From NCBI GenBank assembly GCA_963674735.2, contig CAXXQS010000002.1, positions 128,001 to 192,000 of the forward strand: a stretch of DNA of 64,000 bases. Reading direction: 5' to 3'. Positions within the stretch are counted from its first letter, which is position 1; each line of letters opens with the position of its first letter. The DNA is from Myxococcota bacterium (GTDB lineage: Bacteria; Myxococcota_A; SURF-8). Of the stretch, positions 10,219 through 19,485 are shown piece after piece. The position numbers and the translations under genes were made by a program. The notes under the pieces are model-generated. The model made no database searches, was not told the origin of the DNA, and saw only the letters and a list, made by a program, of their open reading frames with translations.

Positions 10219-10467
10219 TTAGAGTGGAAGTTCTTGTTTGCCTGCTAGAACAACAGCAAGGGAATTTCGGGTTATAAACAAACGTCCGCCGATAGTTCGC
10301 ACATCAAGGTCGAGCCTCTTCGAATCACTCTGTCCCCGGCTGTATATGTCGTTCGCCCGGACAATCCCGAGGCTGGCCTCCTGCACCTGTTTCGGGGTCA
10401 ACAGCGGTGGATAGCTACTGAGCATCGCTTTCCATTCGTCATGAACTGAATCTTGAACCTGTTGCAT
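10219..10467 (-). CDS. Small excisionase-like (winged HTH) protein
   Basis: LLTPKQVQE...RTIGGRLFITRNSL pattern; AGGAGG RBS; directly upstream of int. Confidence 0.55.
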   Translation of the reverse strand: MQQVQDSVHDEWKAMLSSYPPLLTPKQVQEASLGIVRANDIYSRGQSDSKRLDLDVRTIGGRLFITRNSLAVVLAGKQELPL

Positions 10468-10505
10468 CTCATTCCTCCTTGCCATTCCCGGCACTATCGT
10501 CACTA

Positions 10506-10534
10506 CAACAACCCAGATAAAACCGGCACTAAGC
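10506..10534 (-). promoter_or_regulatory. Element motif GCTTAG-N11-TCTGGGTTGTTG, copy 1 (upstream of xis-int)
   Basis: Exact match, 38 nt upstream of ATG 10467. Confidence 0.75.
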
Positions 10535-10877
10535 TGCTTTCTTCTGGTTTTTTCGTTCGGCCACCGAATTCTCGGGAATTCATCAATCGAATTCGGCAAC
10601 CTAATGAACTCTACCCATGTCCTCGATTTTCTGATTCGAGGATTCGATGTTTTTCACGATTTTTATTGGGTGATAGGTCGTAACCCCAGTTTCAAAACCC
10701 CGGTTTCAATTTCATTCACGGTTTTAATATCCATCCGACATCCATCAAAATGGGCGATCAGGAACCGAAAGAGATTTTTATCGAGCGGTTCTGATGTGCT
10801 GACCTGAAGGCTTTCGTCCGTGATTCCGGACGGTTGACCTGGATGTTACCCCTCCTGCAAAGTTTCCAAAGTTTGCG

Positions 10878-10906
10878 GCTTAGTCAGCCAAACTTCTGGG
10901 TTGTTG
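10878..10906 (+). promoter_or_regulatory. Element motif copy 2 (upstream of resolvase)
   Basis: gcttag tcagccaaact tctgggttgttg, 54 nt upstream of ATG 10961. Confidence 0.75.
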
Positions 10907-10960
10907 AAGGGGATAACGTGCAGGTTTTCCCGCGAAACCGCAGGAGGATACCGCTGCCAG

Positions 10961-11611
10961 ATGCCGACGACGAAAAAGAATGAAAAAAAACGAGCTGGCC
11001 TGTATGGAAGGGTCTCCACAGCTAATCATGGTCAGGATGTCGGACTTCAAATCGAAGAATTGGAAACAGTTGCAGAACAAAGAGGCTGGCAGGTGGTCGG
11101 TACCTATATAGATGAAGGGGTGAGCGGTACAAAGCACGACCGGCCCGCCCTCGACCGAATGCTCACGGACGTTCGTGCCGGGAAAATCGACGTGGTGGCG
11201 GTTTGGCGGTTCGACCGGTTCGCCCGCAGTACTCAACACCTCATCCAGGCATTAGAAGAATTCGATTCACTCAATGTCGAATTTTTCAGTCTTCGAGAAC
11301 AAATCGACACATCCACCGCTATGGGTCGGGCAATGTTCACAATCGTTTCAGCTATATCTCAACTAGAACGTAGCTTAATACAGGAGCGCGTTCAGGCTGG
11401 GGTAAATCGTGCGAAAGCTAAAGGAATCCATTGTGGTCGTCCAGTCGTGGACATTGATGTCCGGCCTGCCCTCGCCATGCTTCGGGAGGGGCGACCCCTG
11501 AACGAAGTCGCCAACATTTTAGGCGTTGCCCGGAACACACTCCGACGACGGTTAATCGAGGCAGGAGAATGGCCTGTCCAAAAGCCTAACCAGGAAAAAG
11601 ACCCCGAATAA
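10961..11611 (+). CDS. Serine recombinase (resolvase/invertase family)
   Basis: YGRVST, DEGVSG, DRPAL, VWRFDRFARS, GRP and C-terminal HTH. Confidence 0.95.
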   Translation: MPTTKKNEKKRAGLYGRVSTANHGQDVGLQIEELETVAEQRGWQVVGTYIDEGVSGTKHDRPALDRMLTDVRAGKIDVVAVWRFDRFARSTQHLIQALEEFDSLNVEFFSLREQIDTSTAMGRAMFTIVSAISQLERSLIQERVQAGVNRAKAKGIHCGRPVVDIDVRPALAMLREGRPLNEVANILGVARNTLRRRLIEAGEWPVQKPNQEKDPE

Positions 11612-12154
11612 CCCCATTTAGCTGTCCACAAGCCATGTCCATTATCAGTCAACAACCAAATGGTTTTGGACATCGTACTTTAGTACGAAGGTCGGTATCT
11701 ACGGCGGTCGGGTCGAGTACGGGGCCAGGAACCATCTATTACATAGGTAAGACCACGCATGATGCAGTGCAGGACCTCGATGAGGTTGCCTCGGTCGTGT
11801 TTCGATTGTGGAGACCTCTCGGAAACAACATGCCCCCCAAAGCATTATTTTCTGAAAATAACGACATTTCTTCCTCGACCAGCCACAAACCGTCTCAAAC
11901 CCCAGTTTCCATCACCCCTTTTTTTACGTGACAGAAGCTCATTCCGCTTTCGACGGACACCTTTCAGTCACCCCCTGCAACTGAATTTCTCCTATATGTG
12001 GTTTCTTTTTCAACGCTGATTCGACCCCCTTCCGTTTTCTGCGACGTAACCACCTCGATTACGGGTAATAGAAACAGCGGCTGTTAATGGCAGGCCAGTC
12101 GTGTCGAATCTCGGTAATCCGTCTATACGCCTGCCTTAGTGAAAGGAGAATGCC

Positions 12155-12457
12155 ATGAAACCCCAAAAATCATCCCGACGCCCCCTGGTTACTGCCCAAC
12201 AGGTCGCCGACCATATCGGCGTCCACAAAGCCACCGTCTATCGGATGGTGACTGAAGGCCTCATCCCGTGCGTTCGAGCTGGGAGGGCGATCCGGTTCGA
12301 CCTGGACAGTGTCCTGCATGCGTTGGCGCATAACGAACTGGACGTAGATGTCGCCTGTCGCATCATTGCGAATGATGACAATTTATTTGATTCGTTCATG
12401 GAGAAAGTTCTAACCGAACACGAAAATGCTGCCAAGCAGGCGCAGGAAATGGACTGA
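12155..12457 (+). CDS. HTH_17/excisionase-family DNA-binding protein
   Basis: LVTAQQVADHIGVHKATVYRMVTEGLIPCVRAGRAIRF; AAGGAG RBS. Confidence 0.85.
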   Translation: MKPQKSSRRPLVTAQQVADHIGVHKATVYRMVTEGLIPCVRAGRAIRFDLDSVLHALAHNELDVDVACRIIANDDNLFDSFMEKVLTEHENAAKQAQEMD

Positions 12458-12473
12458 ATCGGAACCCAAAAAG

Positions 12474-12508
12474 AATGCCCCCAGGCTCTACGAAAGCCTG
12501 GGGACATT
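12474..12508 (+). terminator. Hairpin between HTH gene and primase (terminator or attenuator)
   Basis: aatgcccccaggct-ctacgaa-agcctggggacatt; no U-tract. Confidence 0.45.
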
Positions 12509-12525
12509 AAAGAAAGGATGCACCA

Positions 12526-13890
12526 ATGTCTTTGTCTATTATTATACCCGGGAAATCGGGGAATCCTTCTGAAAAATCACGGTTGGCGTCAGGGTGTTGG
12601 GTTGAGTTGTCCCGTGCGTCAGCATCAACCAGGATGCCGGTCGATTTAACCCAAACCACCCTACCGGATGCGATGCTGGATTACGTTCACAAACACCCGG
12701 TCCGTCCCATTATTGTTGGCGAGGATGAGGATGTCCGGCAGGTTCACCCCGATCCGTATACCGACCTGTGCCGCACCCATTATCAGGCCGACGACAGCAC
12801 GTTGAAACATGCCGTCCGGTACCTTGAGCCAATCATCGACCTGGACTTCGATTCCGGCAAAAATCGGACTGAAAACTTCGAGGCCGCCGCCGATGCCGTT
12901 CGGAAATTGATGGCAGTGTTCGATGAACATCATGTACCGTACCGGGTGTATTTCTCCGGTAGCAAAGGGTTTCACGTTACTCTACCGGGCGTTACGTTCT
13001 GGCCTTACAACCATGAAAACCGACGGTTGGAATACGTCGAACGTGGCAACCACATCCTCAGGCGGATGGTTCGGGCAATCTGCAATGAGGCTGGAGTCCC
13101 GGAAAGCAACCGCAACACCAAAGGCAATGCTGGATGGGACGCCAGCCTGTACGATCTTCGGCGTATGGTGCGGCTTCCAGGTGTGCCACACTCGAAAAGC
13201 ATCATCGTCAGCCAGGAAATCCTCAGTCGGACGGCCACCATTTATAAGACCTGGTTGCCAACAAGCTGGGCAACGTGGTCGATCCGGGAGGTCGTCGAAT
13301 GGTCTACCGTAGTACGCCCTGTACCAGCATGGACCGACATATCCAGAAACAAATGGTTGGAGGAATTATGGGAACGGGCAGTGATTGCCAATGATGCTGA
13401 TGCCAATGACGAACCCGTCATTTATAAACCAGCCCTGATGAAGACCATGACGCCGTCCGCGCCCCACGCCGTAGCCGATTTAAGGGGCTATCCACCCTGC
13501 ATTACGAGCATTCGACAGGGTGACATCACGGTAATGGGATTGAGAAACCGGATCGGCATTGCGGTGTGTTCGTTTCACGCATCCACGGGGGAGACGGTCG
13601 AGGATGCCATTGCCACGATGCGATGCGTTCCCAGTCGCAGCCGGGACTTGGCTGCGGAGACCCGGTCACAATGGAATTCCATCACGACCAAGGCCGGGAA
13701 GCCGAAGGAGAATTACCGGTTCAGCAACCGGTCGTGCCGGACATTCCGGGGGGCGGGTGCGACCTGCACCGACAAGTGTCCCCTGCACACTGAGTTTATC
13801 AAGGGGGAGAAGACATCTAAAAGGAACGTTCCGTATACAAAACCCTTCGATTGGGGTACGGACGACGACACCGATCTGGGGGATGTCTGA
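12526..13890 (+). CDS. Archaeo-eukaryotic primase with PriL-like Cys-rich C-terminal domain
   Basis: DLDFD (motif I), FSGSKGFH (II), D..RMVRLPG (III); PPCI...SC...C...CP. Confidence 0.8.
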   Translation: MSLSIIIPGKSGNPSEKSRLASGCWVELSRASASTRMPVDLTQTTLPDAMLDYVHKHPVRPIIVGEDEDVRQVHPDPYTDLCRTHYQADDSTLKHAVRYLEPIIDLDFDSGKNRTENFEAAADAVRKLMAVFDEHHVPYRVYFSGSKGFHVTLPGVTFWPYNHENRRLEYVERGNHILRRMVRAICNEAGVPESNRNTKGNAGWDASLYDLRRMVRLPGVPHSKSIIVSQEILSRTATIYKTWLPTSWATWSIREVVEWSTVVRPVPAWTDISRNKWLEELWERAVIANDADANDEPVIYKPALMKTMTPSAPHAVADLRGYPPCITSIRQGDITVMGLRNRIGIAVCSFHASTGETVEDAIATMRCVPSRSRDLAAETRSQWNSITTKAGKPKENYRFSNRSCRTFRGAGATCTDKCPLHTEFIKGEKTSKRNVPYTKPFDWGTDDDTDLGDV

Positions 13891-16325
13891 TGGGAATCAT
13901 CTACCGACACGTGTCCTCAGGCACCAAGGACGAACTGCTTTTACTGCCACCGGGGGCCGGAAAAACGTGGAGCTCTGTCCATGCGTTGGTTGCTAAAACC
14001 ACCACCCATGAACGAACGCTTTATGCCGGTGTTTCCCGCGACCTGTGTGAACAAGCTGCGAGGTGGGCGAACAAAAACGGCAACATCATGTCGGAAAAAC
14101 TACCCCGGACGGACAAGAACTGCCGGTGTGCGGGTGACGCCAATGCCCTGTCCGGCAAAAGCTGGTCGGCGGTGGAGTACGTGTGTAAAGGATGTGATAA
14201 CTTCGAGCCGGGCAAGCCTATCGAGTCCAGGTGTGAATGGTGGCGGCAGTGGGACGATCCCGACCATCTGACATGGGCTGTGACCCATCACCACCTGCCG
14301 TCGCAGCTGCCGTTCCGTTACCATAAACCGACTACTTTGGTATTGGACGAGGGAACTGTAGCGGCTTGTCTTGGATGGGCGGGCGGATGCGAGGACGGGT
14401 TCACGGACTTGGATTTGGAAAACCTTGCCCATTCGTTGCCCATCACCGACCCCGGCATCCATAGCTTTACGCTGGGGGATGTCCTGCCCGGTTCCGCCGC
14501 ACGGTTACTGATGCACCTTGCCGGGCGATTGCGGCAATGGGAAAAATCCGGGTCGGCTATGCTGAAGATGTTCCAGCGACTTCAACAAAACCATCACGGA
14601 AAAAACGTCATCGGCCCCGAAGCGGCTGGGTTCCTGCTCGGTCACGATACCGGAACGTCACTGGATAAAACGACGCTGACATTGTTGGAGGCCTTGCTAC
14701 ATGAACGCAGGGAGAACCTTCGAGTAGCTTCCACCATGCCCCGGAACAAACGGCACATCATCCGACCATTACCGGAACCGTCCACGTTCGATGAGGGACC
14801 GATCCCGCCGAACGTCCTGCAACCTCTGGTGAATGCCCTGGCCGCAGCCCGGAAATCCGTCGAACGACATGACGGGAAAGCCGGTGCGGTGCCCATGGCT
14901 CTCGATTTTCACGAGCCGGAGAAACTCAACCCTTTCTTCGCCGTTCGCATCCGAACCTTCACACCTCTAAATGTCCCGAAAAACTGCCGTATCGTGGCTT
15001 TGGACGCCACCGGCAACAAAGAACTGTTCGAGAAATGCGTCGGCAGGCCAGTCGAGGTCATCCGACTGAACGTGCCATTCAAAGGCACGGTCACTCAGGC
15101 TACGGATATGCGGTTGCCGATGGCCACGCTGACCAATGACAAAGGCACCGTGAACCGCTGGGTCGCCAACATCAAACCATACCTGATACGCCTTCAAGAA
15201 ATGCACGGAAAAGTCCTCGTCGTGACTTTCAAACGCCTGGCATTACGGCTTAAATCGGAACTGAAAGCCTGCAAGGGAATGGAATTTCGGTGGTTTTTCG
15301 GTGTCCGAGGTGAAGATTTCTCCGATTATCCCGTCCAGGTGACGATTGGATTCCCGATGTCTCCTCCCGATATGACCTACCTTGACGCCGCAGCCATGTG
15401 CCAGGGTGAGGACGTCGACACGACCTGGGAAAAACAGTGGCGGCCCTACCGGGTCGTCGGGCATGAAAACGACACTGAATCACCCGGTGTCGAGGTGATG
15501 GTGCCGGTCGATCCCCGCCTTAGATCGGTCTACGAGCTGTCCAGTGACCATGAATTCTACCAAGTTGCCTGTTCCAGGAACCGCATCCTTCGATTCAACC
15601 ATCAGTCTGTCGTGATGTCACAAGTGCCATTCCTGCCGGAATACCGAGTGCCGGTTCAGTTGACGACCGTCCAGGAGCTTCTGAACATCGGCCGACAAGA
15701 AGCCGTCTTGTCGGATAAGGTTCATCAACTGGCCGATGCTTTCCTGAACCGTCTGGGATGGGTGTCCAAACGGTTCCTGGAGGCCATTTTGACCGAAAAA
15801 CGGGATTCCGTTGTATTATCCGATGGTTGTGAATTAGCGGCGGGTACACTTATATTATATACTATAAGCCACCCCGCCGGTAATTATTCAGAACCCCATC
15901 ATCAAAAGCTTTTCACCCAACGAGCGGCCTTACGTTCCGGGATGGGTTTTTCGAACGGACTGGAACCCAGACGGTTCCGCGAGGCTTGGGCATCCTGGGA
16001 ATCCGCAACTCGGTGGGCAGGTTCGGATGTCGCCATCAAGGTCAAGGGTAAAGTCGGAAAGCCCTTTCAAGATGTCGTCTACGGCGACTTCAACCTGTGG
16101 CTCTGGGATAATCGAGAACTAGTTTCCCACCCCTACCTGACCGTCATGATGGACGGCACCGTCGTCGATGCCAATACCGTCGACCGTCTTCGGGATGTGA
16201 CGGATGTCCCCGGCAAACGCATCGTAGTGGATGTCAGCCGGGTCCTGCCGGACGGTTCGCTGGACGACACCGTAACATTCCGGCAATTCCGGCAAAGTCC
16301 TCAACAGCTTTGGGCACTCATTTGA
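13890..16325 (+). CDS. Putative helicase (SF2-like) coupled to the primase
   Basis: PPGAGKT Walker A, LVLDE Walker B, LDATG, QVACSRNR; Cys cluster after motif Ia; TGATG overlap with the primase. Confidence 0.65.
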   Translation: MGIIYRHVSSGTKDELLLLPPGAGKTWSSVHALVAKTTTHERTLYAGVSRDLCEQAARWANKNGNIMSEKLPRTDKNCRCAGDANALSGKSWSAVEYVCKGCDNFEPGKPIESRCEWWRQWDDPDHLTWAVTHHHLPSQLPFRYHKPTTLVLDEGTVAACLGWAGGCEDGFTDLDLENLAHSLPITDPGIHSFTLGDVLPGSAARLLMHLAGRLRQWEKSGSAMLKMFQRLQQNHHGKNVIGPEAAGFLLGHDTGTSLDKTTLTLLEALLHERRENLRVASTMPRNKRHIIRPLPEPSTFDEGPIPPNVLQPLVNALAAARKSVERHDGKAGAVPMALDFHEPEKLNPFFAVRIRTFTPLNVPKNCRIVALDATGNKELFEKCVGRPVEVIRLNVPFKGTVTQATDMRLPMATLTNDKGTVNRWVANIKPYLIRLQEMHGKVLVVTFKRLALRLKSELKACKGMEFRWFFGVRGEDFSDYPVQVTIGFPMSPPDMTYLDAAAMCQGEDVDTTWEKQWRPYRVVGHENDTESPGVEVMVPVDPRLRSVYELSSDHEFYQVACSRNRILRFNHQSVVMSQVPFLPEYRVPVQLTTVQELLNIGRQEAVLSDKVHQLADAFLNRLGWVSKRFLEAILTEKRDSVVLSDGCELAAGTLILYTISHPAGNYSEPHHQKLFTQRAALRSGMGFSNGLEPRRFREAWASWESATRWAGSDVAIKVKGKVGKPFQDVVYGDFNLWLWDNRELVSHPYLTVMMDGTVVDANTVDRLRDVTDVPGKRIVVDVSRVLPDGSLDDTVTFRQFRQSPQQLWALI

Positions 16326-16648
16326 TGGTAGTAACCCATATAAAAATTGCCGCCGTCTTGTCCTGTCAGGGTGTTTATAGCTTTGGCTTTATCTGGATCT
16401 ACATATCCCAACAGTTGGGCTAACAAACGAGCCTCGTTTTCGGTCGGCTTCAGCATAATCATCGACAAGCTGATATAGTGCCAAGGATTATCGATGTAAC
16501 GTTTAGCAAGTATCCCCCGTCTTCCTGGCTTTCTTTCCTCTTCACACCCTTCCAAGAATGCATAAACGCAACCGAGGGCGTATGCTTGGGGGGACTTCTC
16601 GTTTAGTCGTTCATTGATTTTTAGTACCATCTTCTTTCTTGAACTCAT
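16301..16648 (-). CDS. Small protein resembling the Cas8c/Csd1 C-terminal domain (Cas11c-like)
   Basis: LNEKSPQAYALGCVYAFLE ... RY..NP ... LTGQDGGNFYMGYYHQ matches the remembered AY.LGRLFA.LE ... L...QG.F..GYYHQ pattern; AAAGGAGG RBS. Confidence 0.6.
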   Translation of the reverse strand: MSSRKKMVLKINERLNEKSPQAYALGCVYAFLEGCEEERKPGRRGILAKRYIDNPWHYISLSMIMLKPTENEARLLAQLLGYVDPDKAKAINTLTGQDGGNFYMGYYHQMSAQSC

Positions 16649-16718
16649 AATGACCTCCTTTGGTTTTGAGTTCGGTCCTGTTTGGAACGAAAACCATTTC
16701 CGTTCCCGTCGGTTATTA

Positions 16719-16750
16719 CCCCGACCGTGGTTAGGTCCACGGTCATGGGG
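16719..16750. terminator. Hairpin between the DnaX-like and Cas11-like genes
   Basis: cccc-gaccgtgg-ttaggt-ccacggtc-atgggg. Confidence 0.5.
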
Positions 16751-16781
16751 GCAATCGTTCTGATTCTTGTGGTCATGTTGG

Positions 16782-17507
16782 TCACCCTACGTTACGAACC
16801 AACAGGAACGCCTCGAGGATCTGCAGGGCATCACGAACCTGTCCCCGAGCGTCGTTCCGGGCCAATTCCATCAGGATGTCGCCAACCTCGGCGTCCGTAA
16901 GTTCGTACCCTTCTTTTTGGGCGATGGTTCGAAGATATCCGCTCATCTGTTCATCCGTCAGGCGCTCGGTACGAACCTGGATGCAGCGCCCTCGAAGCTG
17001 AGCGTCTACATTTCCGATGTTGGCCGTGGTCAGGATGATCGGGTTTGGCGGCTCTTTTTCGAACCGTTCGAGGAGGAAGGTTTGTAAGCCCTTATGACGG
17101 TCGATTTCGTTGATGATATAAGGCCCGTACTGGACGCTCAGGTCGTTATAGACCGTGTCGATGGCGGATGCGCTGCTGGCGAAAGTAGCCGCCGACCGAC
17201 GTTGGATGAGGGTTTTTCCAAACACACCCTGGGATGGCACATCCCAGTTCTGGCATTGCTCACATTGGCCGCAGGGTTCGTAACCGTATTGGCGGTCTCC
17301 ATAACAAACCATGCTATGGGCAGTGATGTTGGCTAAGGTGGTTTTTCCGGTTCCGGAAGGGCCGTGAAGCAGAACGATCCGAGAAGAGCGATTTGCTACG
17401 AGCCGGGTCAGGATGTTTACGGCAACCGAGTTTCCGAACACCTCATCGAAGCGCCTAGGCGTGTGCTTCTGAGGGAAGGGCAGGTTCTGATGATTCTGTA
17501 GTAACAT
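16782..17507 (-). CDS. Truncated DnaX/clamp-loader-like AAA+ protein
   Basis: KHTPRRFDEVFGN, GPSGTGKTT, C-x8-EPCGQCEQC Zn module, GRC, GQVRDALQILE; ends after the lid domain; Walker B reads NEID. Confidence 0.8.
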   Translation of the reverse strand: MLLQNHQNLPFPQKHTPRRFDEVFGNSVAVNILTRLVANRSSRIVLLHGPSGTGKTTLANITAHSMVCYGDRQYGYEPCGQCEQCQNWDVPSQGVFGKTLIQRRSAATFASSASAIDTVYNDLSVQYGPYIINEIDRHKGLQTFLLERFEKEPPNPIILTTANIGNVDAQLRGRCIQVRTERLTDEQMSGYLRTIAQKEGYELTDAEVGDILMELARNDARGQVRDALQILEAFLLVRNVG

Positions 17508-17563
17508 AACATTCTCCGTTCGTTTGCGGGCCCGTGCGGTCATCGCACAGGCCCTGTTGGTGG

Positions 17564-18481
17564 TTAGGCGTTATCGCCAGCGGTATTGGCGTCAGGATTA
17601 TTGCCGATGTTCGTGAACAGGCGTTCCGTGGCGGCCTTGGACTCAGTTTTCGCCTTCTTGATCATGGCCAAAAAGATCTCCGCCTTCTGCTCGATCTGGT
17701 CCAGATCCTCTTGTGGCATGCTGGAATCCACCCCCATGTCGATGGCTTTGTCCAACCACACATGGACCTTTTTCACGGGTCGGGGTGTTTTCTTAGCCTT
17801 CGTGTAGTTCGCGGTGCGCTTCTTGACCTCTTCCGCCATGTCGCGACAGCCCAGCCCTTTTTCAATGGCTAGGTCGAGCAATTGCAACCGCGTTTGAAGG
17901 TCTTTGACCTTGATGAGCTCTTCATGAACACCCAGCGGCACCAGCTCCCGTTTGTCCTCTGGGTACTGGTCCCACGCGAAGTGGACTCGGATGAGTGTCA
18001 TCATGGATTTTTTGCAAAGGCCGACCGTCTTCAGATGGCCCATCGCACAGAACCGGTTGAACGGATGGTTTTTACCCCGCCGTTTTCTATACTTTTCCTC
18101 GCTATTGTCGAAGAACAGCTCGGCGAACAAACCACCCAAGGCCAGTTTTGATTGGAAAGTGTCATTTCCATAGGCATCAATCCCCTTTTTCGCCTTTGCG
18201 AAGGTGATGGTTTCGTCGTTCTGCCCGTCGACCTTTTGTGGGTTGGCAGGAACATCTTCTGGGCTGGAAGCTTCCGTCAAGGCATCGCCGGAAGTTTCTT
18301 TGGTTTGCGCAGGATGTTCCTGGCCTTTTTTGCCATTATCACTTGGCTTGTTCTTCTTGGACTTCACGTCCATCTTCGTCCTCCTTTCTCCTGGTACGCC
18401 AGGCATGGGAGCGCTGGGTACTTGTTCTGCCGGGATCGGTTTGTTCGGGGCTTCAGACTCAGGCATTACTGTGTGTTCCAT
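17564..18481 (-). CDS. Hypothetical protein, possibly DUF1016-N/ParB-HTH-like helical DNA-binding domain
   Basis: 305 aa with GGAGG RBS; disordered N-terminus; VHEELIKVKDLQTRLQLLDLAIEKGLGCRDMAEEV helical pattern. Confidence 0.55.
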   Translation of the reverse strand: MEHTVMPESEAPNKPIPAEQVPSAPMPGVPGERRTKMDVKSKKNKPSDNGKKGQEHPAQTKETSGDALTEASSPEDVPANPQKVDGQNDETITFAKAKKGIDAYGNDTFQSKLALGGLFAELFFDNSEEKYRKRRGKNHPFNRFCAMGHLKTVGLCKKSMMTLIRVHFAWDQYPEDKRELVPLGVHEELIKVKDLQTRLQLLDLAIEKGLGCRDMAEEVKKRTANYTKAKKTPRPVKKVHVWLDKAIDMGVDSSMPQEDLDQIEQKAEIFLAMIKKAKTESKAATERLFTNIGNNPDANTAGDNA

Positions 18482-18497
18482 GTTTACCTCCTACGGT

Positions 18498-19151
18498 TTA
18501 GGAACGTGTTGTGTCGCCACCAATGCGGTGGTCGACGATGTTTTTTAGGTGTTTGTTGGAATCAGCCACCGTGCAGCATTTGATACCGTCGGGTATGTCC
18601 TTCTCATTGTCGGTAGGGACCAGTTGGATGCTGCCGTCGCAGATTGGACAATCGGCCCATCGACCATTGATGAATCGTTCGACGGCAACGATGTCGGACA
18701 TTGGAACCGGTTTATAGCTCGTCAGCCAGCAGTCAGGATGTGCCCCCTTTTTTATGCCGACCTTTTTCAACAACTTGAAAGAGCGCCTTGTGATGCCGCT
18801 TGTTTTTCGGAACTCCTGCATATCGATGAGAGGGTAATCCGCGCCAACTCCCAGGCGATAAAGCCCGAGTTGCCTTTCCATCTCCTGCATGGTGGCATCC
18901 CTGATAACCCCGTTCTTTTGCCGAATACCCTTCGTAGCCGTAGGTTCCCACCGATCCAACGTGGAAAACCACACAGCCGGACGTTCTTGTTCATCTGTGC
19001 GCGCCACCGCTGGAAAGATGGCCTGCAAATCCATGATGCCGAGGAGTTTTGTTCCGAGTGTGTAATGCCATGCCTTAACAGGGGTTCCGTTCTTGGCAAG
19101 TAAAGGTTGAGTACTTGTCGTTGATGTCTTCTTATTGGCGTGGGTTTTCAT
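18498..19151 (-). CDS. Hypothetical protein with ADP-ribosyltransferase-like N-terminus
   Basis: WHYT...GI....I.P.......AVWFS pattern resembles strands 1-2 of H-type ART folds. Confidence 0.45.
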   Translation of the reverse strand: MKTHANKKTSTTSTQPLLAKNGTPVKAWHYTLGTKLLGIMDLQAIFPAVARTDEQERPAVWFSTLDRWEPTATKGIRQKNGVIRDATMQEMERQLGLYRLGVGADYPLIDMQEFRKTSGITRRSFKLLKKVGIKKGAHPDCWLTSYKPVPMSDIVAVERFINGRWADCPICDGSIQLVPTDNEKDIPDGIKCCTVADSNKHLKNIVDHRIGGDTTRS

Positions 19152-19166
19152 CGTTACAGTCCTTTG

Positions 19167-19445
19167 TCAGTGAGATGAATGTTCCGGTTCCACCCCACCA
19201 TTGAGGTGGTCGATACGGTTTGCTAGATGGTCGATGACGGCGATCAGTCGCTCCATGGGAGCGTTTGTTGTCCCGCCTAAAATGGATTCATCGTTCAGGT
19301 AGGCCTGAGCGGCTTGACGCAGAAGCACCGTGATGGTGATTCCGTTCTTTTCGGCAGATTCTTTCAGTTGCCGGTGTAGTTCGGGTTTCATGAAAAGCGA
19401 GATACCAACCTGTTTTTTTCCGTTTTTTGTAGTTCGTTCTTTCAT
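19167..19445 (-). CDS. Ribbon-helix-helix (CopG/Arc-like) regulator
   Basis: VGISLFMKPELHRQLKESAEKNGITITVLLRQAAQAYL. Confidence 0.75.
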   Translation of the reverse strand: MKERTTKNGKKQVGISLFMKPELHRQLKESAEKNGITITVLLRQAAQAYLNDESILGGTTNAPMERLIAVIDHLANRIDHLNGGVEPEHSSH

Positions 19446-19485
19446 CGTGCTATCCTTTCCAAAGTGACGAAGTTTCGTTCGCCGT

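Noticed and set aside
11600-11680. Further copies of the GCTTAG motif (also near 39205-39235)
   Set aside because: Only the GTTGTTG-like half matches and the spacing or upstream hexamer fails; not counted
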